Source: an uncultured archaeon (GTDB taxonomy: Archaea; Asgardarchaeota; Thorarchaeia; Thorarchaeales; Thorarchaeaceae). From it: DNA of 64,000 nucleotides. The notes below the pieces were generated by a model, which saw only the letters and a list, made by a program, of their open reading frames with translations, did no database searches and was not told the origin of the DNA. Positions 40,257-50,451 of this stretch are shown in pieces. The first letter of the stretch is position 1. Each line of letters starts with the position of its first letter. The position numbers and the translations under genes are program-made. The stretch is from positions 32,001 through 96,000 of the forward strand of contig CAYWJO010000007.1 of assembly GCA_964458565.1 (NCBI GenBank), in the 5' to 3' direction.

Positions 40257-40865
40257 ATGCCAAGAGTAGTACCTGAATACAAAGAACAAGCAAGAAGAAG
40301 AATTATCGAAGCCGCTGGAGCAGTCTTCATAGAGCGAGGGTATTATCAATCTACAATGGATGACATTGCATCAGCGATGGAGGTGAGTAAAGGGGCAATA
40401 TATCAGTACTTTAGGAGCAAAGAACAGCTCTTCTACTCAGTGATAGACCTCATGATCACATCCAAAAAAGATGAGGTGATGACGATACTCACATCTGAAA
40501 ATCCAATGTTCATTTCAACAAGTGATTTCTTTGATATGAAAATACGAAGAGCCATTGAAACACGAGCTTTCGGACTTGATTTACTTCTTGAAGCGACTAA
40601 GGATGAACATCTTCAGACTCGAATCAAGGAGTTGTATGATGCAGCCTATCGCGATCTCATTGAACAAGTTGAGAAGCTCAAAGAGCGCGGTGTTGTGAGA
40701 GAGGATGCAGACATAGCTCTAATTTGGAGGGGATTAGTTGCTCTACGTGATGGATTGATAATGTCATCTCTGCTTGGAGCTGAAATAGATGAAGCAAAGA
40801 GAACCTGGGAGCATTTATCGAAGATAATACTCAATCAAGTCATATCTGAACAGTCAGCTAAATAG
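40257..40865 (+). CDS. TetR/AcrR regulator
   Basis: GY...TMDDIA....SKGAIYQYF.SKEQL. Confidence 0.93.
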   Translation: MPRVVPEYKEQARRRIIEAAGAVFIERGYYQSTMDDIASAMEVSKGAIYQYFRSKEQLFYSVIDLMITSKKDEVMTILTSENPMFISTSDFFDMKIRRAIETRAFGLDLLLEATKDEHLQTRIKELYDAAYRDLIEQVEKLKERGVVREDADIALIWRGLVALRDGLIMSSLLGAEIDEAKRTWEHLSKIILNQVISEQSAK

Positions 40866-40914
40866 CCATTCCACTATAGTTAAGATAATTCGCATCTCAT
40901 TCTATCTGATTAAA

Positions 40915-41376
40915 ATGACTTCGATAATTGATGCTGAGATAAGACATTCCACGTTTGTTAGACAGTCCCCTGAAGTGGTCTATGATGCTATTTCTACCAC
41001 AGTCGGTCTCAACGGGTGGTTTTGCACAGGTGGAGAGGTAGATGCCCGTCCCGGTGGACATATCAAGTTCCGATGGGAAGACTGGCGACCTGACATGGGC
41101 ATAATAGAGGATGGAGGTCCAGTTATTGAGGCAGATCGTGGGAAACGGTTCGTCTTCCAATGGCATCCTGATGATGAATCATATGCAACGCTCGTAAAGC
41201 TGACATTTGAGCCACATGAAGATGGGACTATCATGAGGGTGGTAGAATCTGGTTTCCAAGACACACCTCAGGGTCTAAGAGCAATGATTGGGTGTGCTAC
41301 GGGATGGGGTGAAGCACTCACTCTTCTCAAGTTCTATGTAGAACACAACATCGTATATTGGCCTGATAAGAAATAA
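40915..41376 (+). CDS. SRPBCC/AHSA1-like START-fold protein
   Basis: PE.VYDA......L..WF, RFVFQW, T...V.ESGF, GW...L..LK. Confidence 0.88.
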   Translation: MTSIIDAEIRHSTFVRQSPEVVYDAISTTVGLNGWFCTGGEVDARPGGHIKFRWEDWRPDMGIIEDGGPVIEADRGKRFVFQWHPDDESYATLVKLTFEPHEDGTIMRVVESGFQDTPQGLRAMIGCATGWGEALTLLKFYVEHNIVYWPDKK

Positions 41377-41820
41377 CTAGGGTTCCTCTTTAAGGGTGAA
41401 AAAACATCCACATGTCACAGTCTGTCCCACTCCTGGTATCTGACGCAGTTTGTCAACTACTAACTCTCCGATTTCCTTGAGCGACTCACCTCTTGCTTTG
41501 ACAATGATGTCCCAGCTACCTGCCACTACATGGACCTCTACTATCTTTTCAATGTCAGCAATCGTCTTTGCCACATCATGTTGAGATGTTTTGTGAGTTG
41601 GAAGAAAGGTGACCAAGATAATCGCGGTCACCGGCAGGCCAATCTTCTCATAGTCCGGCACTACTACGGTTTTCCTAATCACACCTGTTTCTCTCAACTT
41701 TTCTATTCGATGCTGTACAGTAGATCTTGGCAAGTCTAATTCTCGTGCAATCTTGGTCACAGGCTTAGATGCATCCCTTCTAAGCACAGTGAGGATTTTT
41801 CTATCATTGGAATCCAACAT
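41377..41820 (-). CDS. Lrp/AsnC transcriptional regulator
   Basis: LD..D.KIL..L..DA, HTH, RAM domain V.G.WD. Confidence 0.93.
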   Translation of the reverse strand: MLDSNDRKILTVLRRDASKPVTKIARELDLPRSTVQHRIEKLRETGVIRKTVVVPDYEKIGLPVTAIILVTFLPTHKTSQHDVAKTIADIEKIVEVHVVAGSWDIIVKARGESLKEIGELVVDKLRQIPGVGQTVTCGCFFTLKEEP

Positions 41821-41842
41821 ATTGGCAAGTTGATAATAATAG

Positions 41843-41888
41843 CAATATAATATTGTCTATTTACGTCATTATGCCAATAATATTGACA
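41843..41888. promoter_or_regulatory. Candidate Lrp/AsnC operator palindromes
   Basis: CAATAT-A-ATATTG (41843-41855) and TGCCAATA-A-TATTGACA (41872-41888) in the divergent intergenic region. Confidence 0.45.
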
Positions 41889-41930
41889 AAATGCTTATAC
41901 CCACTTTACATATTGGCAATATGATGAGAA

Positions 41931-42932
41931 ATGACCTTAATATCCACACAGATGCCAGACGAAACATCCATTGAAGATGGGGTGCGTTACAGATATCGCT
42001 CCATTCGAACAGAACGAGCAAGAAGAATACTTGAAGTTCAACACAACTTATCACGAGCAATTCGAGCGTGTCTTGACTCGGAAGGATTTGTTGAATTACT
42101 CCCTCCTGTGATTGGTCCGGTGACGGATCCGGGAGTCAGAGGAGCAGGTACTGCAAGAATGGACTACTATGGCGAACCATACGTAGTCATGACAAGTATG
42201 ATTCTGTACAAACAAATGGCAGTGGCAACATTTCCGAAAATCTATTCGTTCTCTCCAAATGTTCGACTTGAAATTCCTGAAGGTCTCACAACCAGTAGGC
42301 ATTTAGCAGAATTCTATCAGGTTGATCTTGAGGTCGCCTATGGCACATGTGACTCCTTGATGGCTCTGGGTGATAAGCTGATATACGAGGTCATTGATTC
42401 TATTCATCAACATTGCAGCGAACACTTAGAGTTTCTTGGACGTGATTTATCAAAACCACCCAAGCATCTTCCTAGGGTGACTCATCACGAAGCTATTGAG
42501 ATGCTTCGTGCTGAAGGGTACGATATTCCACATGATGAAGAACTTTCATGGACTGCAGAGAAAAAACTCTCCGAACTGTTTGAAACACCCTTCTGGATAA
42601 CCCACTATCCCCGTGGGTCTCGAGGTTTCTATTATGCTGAAGACCCTGAAGATCCTTCTGTTCTACGCTCGATGGACCTTATTCTACCAGAAGGATTTGG
42701 AGAAGCGTCAAGTGGTGGCGAGCGTGAATACACAAAAGAAGGAGTCGTTCGATCCATGATTGCATCCGGTGAGGATCCATCACGATATGGATGGTATATG
42801 AAAATGATAGAAGAAGGTATCTCTCCCTCTGCGGGATTTGGTGTCGGAGTTGAAAGGTTAACTCGATATGTATGTGGAATTGACCATATTTGGGAATGCT
42901 CAGCATTTCCAAAGGTTCCAGGTGTAGTATAA
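41931..42932 (+). CDS. Archaeal asparagine synthetase (AsnRS catalytic-core paralog, AS-AR)
   Basis: No anticodon OB domain; PVTDP, SMILYKQ, SPNVRLE, RHLAEFYQVD.E, GE..SGGERE, GFGVGVERL. Confidence 0.88.
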   Translation: MTLISTQMPDETSIEDGVRYRYRSIRTERARRILEVQHNLSRAIRACLDSEGFVELLPPVIGPVTDPGVRGAGTARMDYYGEPYVVMTSMILYKQMAVATFPKIYSFSPNVRLEIPEGLTTSRHLAEFYQVDLEVAYGTCDSLMALGDKLIYEVIDSIHQHCSEHLEFLGRDLSKPPKHLPRVTHHEAIEMLRAEGYDIPHDEELSWTAEKKLSELFETPFWITHYPRGSRGFYYAEDPEDPSVLRSMDLILPEGFGEASSGGEREYTKEGVVRSMIASGEDPSRYGWYMKMIEEGISPSAGFGVGVERLTRYVCGIDHIWECSAFPKVPGVV

Positions 42933-43046
42933 TTCACTATTCCTTTCTTCGAAGGTATTATCAACCATACTTTCTACGGCTCTAACACAATATACAATAA
43001 TGCATCAAATTTTGTTTCCACAATCAGATAATAGGTCAGTGTCAAT

Positions 43047-43280
43047 GTGAATACACGAAATGTTACAGGTGTGTTAGGTGCAATTCTACTATTCATTTTC
43101 TGGGTGATAGTAGATATGATAATCTTTCCAACTCTTTTGACAACAATAACCTATCCTGTATATGAACTGATAGTCTATGGATCATGGTTTGTCATCATTC
43201 TCATTATTGTTGGCATTCTTTCTTGGTCTGAAGCTATTCCAAATCCCTATAAGAAATCAGAAGATGTGGTGGGCGTCTAG
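43047..43280 (+). CDS. Small 2-TM protein
   Basis: Two hydrophobic helices. Confidence 0.55.
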   Translation: MNTRNVTGVLGAILLFIFWVIVDMIIFPTLLTTITYPVYELIVYGSWFVIILIIVGILSWSEAIPNPYKKSEDVVGV

Positions 43281-43396
43281 ATTTGAAATACATGAGAAGT
43301 CTTCATTAGGATCACATCATTTTACAATAATTACTGAAACATGATTCAGATTATGTATTAGGTAGTACATTAATAGAAAAAAAGGATTGGAGCATA

Positions 43397-44263
43397 TTGC
43401 AAGGAAAAATCTGTATTGTCACTGGGAGTAATTCCGGGATTGGTAAGGAAACAGCTATTGCATTGGCTGAAAAAGGTGCAACAGTGATAATGCTTGTGAG
43501 AAATAAAGAGAAAGGGGAAGCTGCAAGAAACGAAATCGTGGAGAATACCGGCAATGATTCAATCGAGCTAATGCTCTGTGATCTTGCACTTACAAGTGAG
43601 ATAAAGCGATTTGCTCAAGAATTCGGGAATAAATATAGTCGATTGGACGTTCTTGTCAATAATGCCGGGGCTGTATTTTCAAAACGCGAAGTAACTGAGG
43701 AGGGACTCGAAAGAACACTCGCTGTGAATTATATCGCACCTTTCATTCTAACACATGAACTCCTTCCAATTCTTAAAACAAGTTCACCCTCACGAATAAT
43801 TAACATCAGCTCTGGACTTCATAAATCCGCAAAGATAAATTTAGACGATATTCAAAATGAGCATGGATACAAATCAAGAAAGGTATACGGCCAGGCTAAA
43901 CTCTATGTTATTATGTACACATATGAACTAGCACGACGATTGGAAGGAACCGGAGTAACTGCTAATGTTCTCCATCCTGGATTTGTGGCTACTAACCTTG
44001 GTCAGAATTCAGGAAGCACATCATCTAAAATAATGTTCAAAATGATGAAACCATTTCAGATAAGACCCGAAGAAGGTGCAGAAACTTCCATCTATTTGGC
44101 GACATCAGAGGATCTAATTGGTGTCAATGGTGCTTATTTTCATAAAAAAGAGCAGATCACCTCGTCTGAGATATCGTACAATCAAACACTGCAACATACC
44201 CTCTGGGACAAAACACTGGAATTACTGAAATCTTCCGGAATCCAATTATCGGATAATGCCTAA
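43397..44263 (+). CDS. SDR oxidoreductase (retinol-dehydrogenase-like)
   Basis: TGSNSGIG, NNAG, YGQAK, HPGFV.T. Confidence 0.93.
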   Translation: MQGKICIVTGSNSGIGKETAIALAEKGATVIMLVRNKEKGEAARNEIVENTGNDSIELMLCDLALTSEIKRFAQEFGNKYSRLDVLVNNAGAVFSKREVTEEGLERTLAVNYIAPFILTHELLPILKTSSPSRIINISSGLHKSAKINLDDIQNEHGYKSRKVYGQAKLYVIMYTYELARRLEGTGVTANVLHPGFVATNLGQNSGSTSSKIMFKMMKPFQIRPEEGAETSIYLATSEDLIGVNGAYFHKKEQITSSEISYNQTLQHTLWDKTLELLKSSGIQLSDNA

Positions 44264-45001
44264 ATCAGATTCAGGTTGTATCTGTCCACCATTGGGTTCC
44301 ACTATTTGTTTCAGAACTGCTTTTGTTATCATGAGCGTCGCTATTGCTGAAAGGATTACCTTGACTGGAGTTATGATACTCGCACCTACCCATATGTATT
44401 GTAACTGTTCTACTGTCAATCCATAGAATAACCAATATGCCTGACCTGGTACGAGAACAAATATCCGAAAGAGAATGTCCGCTTCTAATCCAATGACTGC
44501 CGCAAATACAATCGTCAGTGAATCAAGTCTTGGTGCTAGCAAATCCCTTTTGTTCATCTCTACCAATAGCGAAAATATAATGACGAGTCCAAATCCAACT
44601 AATGTGTCCCAAATTCCCCAAATTGGCAGCATCCAAGATATTGGAAATAGGAAATATGCTGCAAGCAATACCATATATATTCCACAAACAGGTTGCCATT
44701 TTCTTTGAGAAACGAAACCCGCGACTGCAGCTCCGAGGGGTGCTCCCCACATGAAGACTAACTCAAATGGGTCTCTGAAATATATCAAATGTCCGAGTAC
44801 ACTTCCCATACCCACTGATACCGCACCATAAAAGGGTCCGAGCAATATCCCAATAAGTGGACTTAGAAGAAAGAGCCACGAGTCCCAAATTCCACTATAG
44901 AAGCCTGGGATTATCGGAATCACATCGAGAACTGCTCCTAGTGCAGTAAACATGGCTAGATATGCAATATTCTGGCTGATGTTATTCCCTTGTAACACCA
45001 T
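44246..45001 (-). CDS. ECF transporter S component (solitary)
   Basis: A.FTAL, PLIGILLGP.YG, about 7 TM. Confidence 0.75.
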   Translation of the reverse strand: MVLQGNNISQNIAYLAMFTALGAVLDVIPIIPGFYSGIWDSWLFLLSPLIGILLGPFYGAVSVGMGSVLGHLIYFRDPFELVFMWGAPLGAAVAGFVSQRKWQPVCGIYMVLLAAYFLFPISWMLPIWGIWDTLVGFGLVIIFSLLVEMNKRDLLAPRLDSLTIVFAAVIGLEADILFRIFVLVPGQAYWLFYGLTVEQLQYIWVGASIITPVKVILSAIATLMITKAVLKQIVEPNGGQIQPESDLGIIR

Positions 45002-45114
45002 CTAGTAGACACCGCGTTCTGGTTCTACTTTAGTCTGTTTACAAATCCTCGTTATAACCTCAGCTGATGAATACTAGGGGATCAACTGAAGAACCAATTA
45101 TTCCACGATTCTAC

Positions 45115-46275
45115 CTAACTTCTCTTTTTAATCGCAATTACTGTGATCACTAAAAGGCCCGTAACACCAGCAATGGTCACAATGACAATGATAGTTGGAA
45201 ACTCACTTGAAGGGATGGTATTACTTGTGCTTGATCCAGTTGATGAAACCATAGTGGAAGAACCACTTGTGTTAGTGGATTCAGTCTTTGTAGTAGTTGT
45301 AGGTATATTAGTGACCTCGATAATGGCCATATCATAATATGTAATCTCATTGCCAAATATATCTACTAACCAGAAATCTACTGTGTAGTTGTTCTTTGTA
45401 CTGATATCTATTTCAGCAGAATAGGTTCCATTTTCATACTCATCATACATCGGTTCTGCATCGATTGAAGAATTCGATGTACGTGCTCCAATTTCATATG
45501 AATAGGGATAAAATCTCACATAGACGTATTCTATCCCGGTCTCATCATATACGTCTGCTTGTACTTCTATTGTGCCATATGGTTCAACCACAATGGGACT
45601 AATAGTGATATTTGAGATTGTAGGTGGATTTTCTTCATAGACACCAAGCGCAGTTGCTATCGCGATACACATCTCTTCTCTATAATATCTACTTCTTACA
45701 CCTGTAACTATATTGCCATCGATAACAGGTGGTACAACTCCCATATATGTGGCACCTGCTGCTTCATATTCATCGATAAATCCTCCATCACCTGTGACAT
45801 TCTTTCCATCTATCACATCCGCTGCGGCTAAGACACGAACCGCTTTACACCATGCACTTACAACCAATTCAGCTGATACCGCATCCGCAATTAAATCCAG
45901 AACATCCTGATCTGTACGTAGTATCTCATGTGATTCCCCTGGCATAATGGAAATGGCATCATATTCAGTAATGTTTTGAATATCCCACACCAGAACATCT
46001 GGAATCACTATTTCCTCATCATTTTGATAATCACATGGTGTTAATTCTTCAGCTGTTCCTGCTATTGTAACATTCCAACCGTAACTCTCTAAGATCGGTC
46101 GAATGTAATGATAATTAGCACCATAATCATGGTCCATCAAGAAAAGAATCTCGATTTGCTCTTCAACAGTTTCTGGCAATAATGTCCCATTAGCATGGGT
46201 GTATATAGAAAATGATGAAACAGTCATTATACAGAGAACCACCAATGTGAGCGCTCTACCATTATTATATCGCAC
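45115..46275 (-). CDS. Surface-anchored DJ-1/PfpI family protein
   Basis: Signal segment, YDAI..PG, SAWC, GKNVT, VIDGNIVTG; Ig-like domain, Ser/Thr linker, C-terminal TM plus KKR. Confidence 0.85.
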   Translation of the reverse strand: MRYNNGRALTLVVLCIMTVSSFSIYTHANGTLLPETVEEQIEILFLMDHDYGANYHYIRPILESYGWNVTIAGTAEELTPCDYQNDEEIVIPDVLVWDIQNITEYDAISIMPGESHEILRTDQDVLDLIADAVSAELVVSAWCKAVRVLAAADVIDGKNVTGDGGFIDEYEAAGATYMGVVPPVIDGNIVTGVRSRYYREEMCIAIATALGVYEENPPTISNITISPIVVEPYGTIEVQADVYDETGIEYVYVRFYPYSYEIGARTSNSSIDAEPMYDEYENGTYSAEIDISTKNNYTVDFWLVDIFGNEITYYDMAIIEVTNIPTTTTKTESTNTSGSSTMVSSTGSSTSNTIPSSEFPTIIVIVTIAGVTGLLVITVIAIKKRS

Positions 46276-46442
46276 AGTAAATGCACCTGTGCAATCTACA
46301 ATTCTCCTTAACAAAAGGTTCTGAGATTTAAGCAATTGTTTGCGCTGAACCTTCAGTGTGAATCTTTTCAGCGTGTTTTATTTCATCATCATCCAAACCG
46401 AAACGTAAAACTATCTTTCGTGTTAACATCGATTGTTGATTA

Positions 46443-46988
46443 GTGATGTCATTGTCTCTCAAAGATGAAGCGCATCAAGTTGTAGAGGATCTAGATGTAA
46501 TGGCTTTACTCCGTGCTTACGGTCATGCTGAGATTGTTGGAAGTGTTGCCCTAGATCTGATTGTAAAGAGAGATATTGATATCCATGTACATCTTCTACT
46601 ACAGGACCCTTACGCCATGGCTGGTGAAGTCCTTCCTGTCTTGCTTGACAAAAAATGGGTCCGGAACATTCGCGTTGATAAATATTCAAGCAAGAGTGCG
46701 GTAAAATTAGCCATTGATGCATATCCCGGTCCTACAGGTCCTTGGAATATAGACATCTGGATTACTTCCGATGTTTCTACTACAGGATTCGAAGTCACCA
46801 ATATTTTACTCGAAAGTTTAACGGCTGAACAAAGAAGTGCGATTCTGGAAATCAAAGAATATTATCACAATCTGGGTGTTCTTAGAAACGGACTGAGTCT
46901 AAGAATATATGATGCTGTATACAAGAATGGTGTACGGTCTATTGAAGAATTCAAAGCCTATTTGCCTACTCTTAGCCGAGCAACATGA
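46443..46988 (+). CDS. Pol-beta superfamily nucleotidyltransferase-like protein
   Basis: GS....L....DIDI and W.IDIW. Confidence 0.7.
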   Translation: MMSLSLKDEAHQVVEDLDVMALLRAYGHAEIVGSVALDLIVKRDIDIHVHLLLQDPYAMAGEVLPVLLDKKWVRNIRVDKYSSKSAVKLAIDAYPGPTGPWNIDIWITSDVSTTGFEVTNILLESLTAEQRSAILEIKEYYHNLGVLRNGLSLRIYDAVYKNGVRSIEEFKAYLPTLSRAT

Positions 46989-46994
46989 ATTATG

Positions 46995-47705
46995 TTAATA
47001 CTTGTCCGGAATAAATAGGATGAAACATGTCATCGGTTCAGATTTGACTCGAATCTTCCATCCATGAGCACTCACTATTCCTTGAATAATCGCTAGTCCA
47101 TAACCCTTTCCAAATCTCCTTTTAGTAAGTTCCTGTCCAAAAGTTTCTAAATGGAACTCTCTTGATAATGGTTCACCATCATTACAGACATGTATCTCTC
47201 TTCCATTCTCTACGATCTCAGCTTTTATTTCAATTCGAGTTGGAGCTCCATGTTTAATGGCATTATCTAGGAGTAGAGTAAATATCTGTTGAATTCTTTG
47301 TCCATCACCTATGACTTCAGGTAGAACATCTTGTTCATAGTCAATATTGACTGGAATGATTAATTTTGCCAGTGTTGTTAACATATGATTTAGATCTATC
47401 TTACTAGGGTTCTCAATAACCAAACCCGCATCTATAAGCGCAACTGATTTATCAAGAATGTCCGATTGACCTTCTGAAAGTTGAATTATTTTATCTATAT
47501 ATGCGGGATTCAATTCATCTCTAAGCAGTTCTGCATATCCCATGATATTATGTAGGAACCCCTTCAAATCATGCGCCAGACCATGAACAAACTCACTCAG
47601 CAACTTATTCTGTTCTACAAGAACATGACTTTTCTTCTTACCATCTGTCATGTTATCAGATTGCTCATGCATGTGCATTTTCTCCTTTGACATACAAGAG
47701 TACAA
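46995..47705 (-). CDS. Soluble histidine kinase without sensor domain
   Basis: H-box AHDLK, N-box LLDNAIKH, NDG, GKGYGL. Confidence 0.88.
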   Translation of the reverse strand: MYSCMSKEKMHMHEQSDNMTDGKKKSHVLVEQNKLLSEFVHGLAHDLKGFLHNIMGYAELLRDELNPAYIDKIIQLSEGQSDILDKSVALIDAGLVIENPSKIDLNHMLTTLAKLIIPVNIDYEQDVLPEVIGDGQRIQQIFTLLLDNAIKHGAPTRIEIKAEIVENGREIHVCNDGEPLSREFHLETFGQELTKRRFGKGYGLAIIQGIVSAHGWKIRVKSEPMTCFILFIPDKY

Positions 47706-47797
47706 GCAATATAGCTCCTATAACTACTTGCTTCATATACTCTCTATTTGGAACTCATTCTCTATGAGCATATTAGCACCGATTCAAACACACCATC

Positions 47798-48007
47798 ATG
47801 ACCGACGAGATTGACAAGTACACACTAGTAGGTGGACAGGTTTACAAGCTTGCTGAATCATTTGTCGATCCAAGAGATGCAGTTGCATTGGCGAAAGAGC
47901 TATCTAATGAACATCATGTATACATCACTAAAGCTCAACAAAACCTATGGGCAATCTATTGGCGACCACGTGATGTCGAAATCCAATGCTCTCTCAAGAT
48001 CACTTGA
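47798..48007 (+). CDS. Small hypothetical protein
   Basis: 69-aa ORF with plausible composition. Confidence 0.6.
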   Translation: MTDEIDKYTLVGGQVYKLAESFVDPRDAVALAKELSNEHHVYITKAQQNLWAIYWRPRDVEIQCSLKIT

Positions 48008-48041
48008 GTGAATCCAATATTGCCTATCACATTTGTTTCTA

Positions 48042-50144
48042 CTATCTCTTGACCTCACCAAAAAGAGATTCAAATTCCTTGGCTTTTTCATGGAATCCAT
48101 ACTTCTTCCAAGCCCCTATCGCAATCTCAAGAATCTCCTGTGCGTTACTTCTTAACTTATCGTCACCCAGTATTTTCCAAGCTTTCATTAACAGGCTTAG
48201 AAGCGAATACCCCATCATTGCGACTTCATAATCGTGTTTGCTCATATCTTGTAGGGAAACACGATTCAATACCTCAATAATGCTAACAAATTGTCTGAGT
48301 TCTTTCATTTCGATGAAGTCTGTTGCCTCTGATAAGAGGTATGTTAAGGCAATTATGTCATCTCTGCAGACAAGACCCTGAGTCATGAAAAATTGGTGAA
48401 CTGACAATACCGTTTTCAATGCATTATATTGCACTTCTGACTGACAACTCTTGTCCAAAACCTTAGATCCAAGAGATGCCAATGCCATCATGATATTTCC
48501 CACATTCGTAGCGAATGTCATTGGGTCTAGAATTCTTAGTGCATCAACATCTCCCACGTCAAGAGTCTTAATGGTCGCTAGTATCAGCTTGATTTCGTCA
48601 TGATGTAATTCACCGGCAATTGTAAGTACAGGTGATATTGCATTCATAAATACATCAAGAGAAAGACGGCCTCTGAGTTTTGGCCACTCCTCTTCCAGAA
48701 CCAACACAATATCATGCAGGAAATCGGCAATATCAGCAAGATTACTGTCTCTCTCACCTCCTGTAGTTAGATGGAAGTATTCTGCGTAAGCAACACTCAA
48801 ACTTTGAAAGACACTATCCACTGTGTAAGAGAAGAGAGGTATGTTGAATCTGAGAAGTTTTCTGAAATACATGGAGTATAGTGATATGACCTCTTTCAGA
48901 AACCCTCTCTTTTCTCCAATTGAAAGAACCGGGGACTCAGCTATAGCTGTCAATAGCGTGATATAATTCTGAAGCTGTAAGGATCCTGTCTGGCCTGCAC
49001 GGATAATTTCACTCTCAATAGATTCTTTGTTATTCTGACTGATTACGCTATCAAGTAGTTTCACCGTAGTACCTATTCTAACCTTCCACAAACCAAGTTC
49101 ATCTTTGAAGTCATCCATACTAGTCATACTGTATAATTTTTGAAACAAAGCACTTCTCTCGATGACCGCATCTAAATAGCTGCAAATGACATCGAATCCA
49201 TGTTTTTCAAATAGCATCGAGAGCTGTTTAGCAAAATCAGGATGGTCTCCTATTCTCGAATCAAGAAAAACAAAGGATTTGAGTAGACAGTCTTCATTAT
49301 CTTCAATTTGGAAGGTTTTGATTGCGTGTTCAAATGAATGTTCATAATCAATTGGTGCAATCTCACCAAAAATCCTACCTATCATACTCCTTCCAAGCTG
49401 GTATAACGTTCCAGATGGAAGTGAATTCGCAATACCACGGAATATCTCTCGTGGGGGTGCTCGTGTTTTAGTCATAGTGGATGCAAGGGCTCCCATTTTC
49501 AGTGCAAATAACTTGACAGCTGGATTGTCATGTTTCAAACTAGCTATACACGCTTTGTCAAACGCTCCATTTTTTGCATATCGCATTGCACTGTCAACAT
49601 CAGTTTCAATGCTCTCTGTTAGATTTTTCCACTCTTCTTCAAGCTCGACTGTTTCAACAGTGTTCTCTAAATCATCAAGTATCTGTTTGTATGTGGGATT
49701 TTTCTTCAAAGTTTCTAAAATCGGAATCCATGTTGTTTCTAATATATCACTCAAACTGAATTCTAGACTATGCTTCACATATGAATCAAGAATTGCGCAT
49801 ACTAGATCTTTGTGCAAGTCCGTAACGCTCCCATCAGCAGGAGGCACGCGGGACTCATCAATCTCTTCAGCAATAATACGAATTAGTATATCCATGTAAT
49901 CTTCTGCTCTGTCAACAAGGGCTACAATAGTATACCCCTTCTTACTCTCTGTCATAAGCAGTTTCTGTTCTCTGAAATCGAGCTTCAATACATTACCTGA
50001 AGATATCGTTGAACTCAATGTCTTAGTGGCTTCAATTAGAGCTCCAACTAGCATATCGCTTCTTGTTGCAAAATTGCTTTTGACCTGGACTGAAATGCCG
50101 CCTTCTGAAAGAACACCAATCAGACGTATCATTAGGAGCACCAA
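48042..50144 (-). CDS. Longin-like N-terminal domain plus alpha-helical solenoid protein
   Basis: IRLIGVLSEGG....(helix LVGALIEA...LS)...G....LDF....L.......YTIVALVD..(helix) longin pattern; remainder helical. Confidence 0.7.
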   Translation of the reverse strand: MVLLMIRLIGVLSEGGISVQVKSNFATRSDMLVGALIEATKTLSSTISSGNVLKLDFREQKLLMTESKKGYTIVALVDRAEDYMDILIRIIAEEIDESRVPPADGSVTDLHKDLVCAILDSYVKHSLEFSLSDILETTWIPILETLKKNPTYKQILDDLENTVETVELEEEWKNLTESIETDVDSAMRYAKNGAFDKACIASLKHDNPAVKLFALKMGALASTMTKTRAPPREIFRGIANSLPSGTLYQLGRSMIGRIFGEIAPIDYEHSFEHAIKTFQIEDNEDCLLKSFVFLDSRIGDHPDFAKQLSMLFEKHGFDVICSYLDAVIERSALFQKLYSMTSMDDFKDELGLWKVRIGTTVKLLDSVISQNNKESIESEIIRAGQTGSLQLQNYITLLTAIAESPVLSIGEKRGFLKEVISLYSMYFRKLLRFNIPLFSYTVDSVFQSLSVAYAEYFHLTTGGERDSNLADIADFLHDIVLVLEEEWPKLRGRLSLDVFMNAISPVLTIAGELHHDEIKLILATIKTLDVGDVDALRILDPMTFATNVGNIMMALASLGSKVLDKSCQSEVQYNALKTVLSVHQFFMTQGLVCRDDIIALTYLLSEATDFIEMKELRQFVSIIEVLNRVSLQDMSKHDYEVAMMGYSLLSLLMKAWKILGDDKLRSNAQEILEIAIGAWKKYGFHEKAKEFESLFGEVKR

Positions 50145-50451
50145 TTATTTTCTAGCTCGACAATACTTTGGTAAACCCCCCGAAAAAGATTCTCCATAGG
50201 TACTCTCATATGTTACACCCATTTAAAGCTCGCCGAACCATTATATTCAGGTTATTTCTGTCAATTGGTAATATTGGAAACCATGAGGGAATTTGTTGCA
50301 ATTAATGATCCACGCATTGGAAGAAAAATCAAGAATGGTCGATATAATAAATTCCAAGGTAATAGATGCATGGCTGGACCCTGAAACTCTCCATGAAATT
50401 ATCGCCTTCAAACCAATTCGATGAAGATTACTATCTCGATGTTGTCCGTTC

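Noticed and set aside
41931-42932. Asparaginyl/aspartyl-tRNA synthetase
   Set aside because: It lacks the N-terminal anticodon-binding domain and fits the AS-AR paralog
45002-45110. TPP riboswitch upstream of the ECF S component
   Set aside because: Only a GCTGAG fragment is present; the remaining conserved TPP aptamer elements are absent
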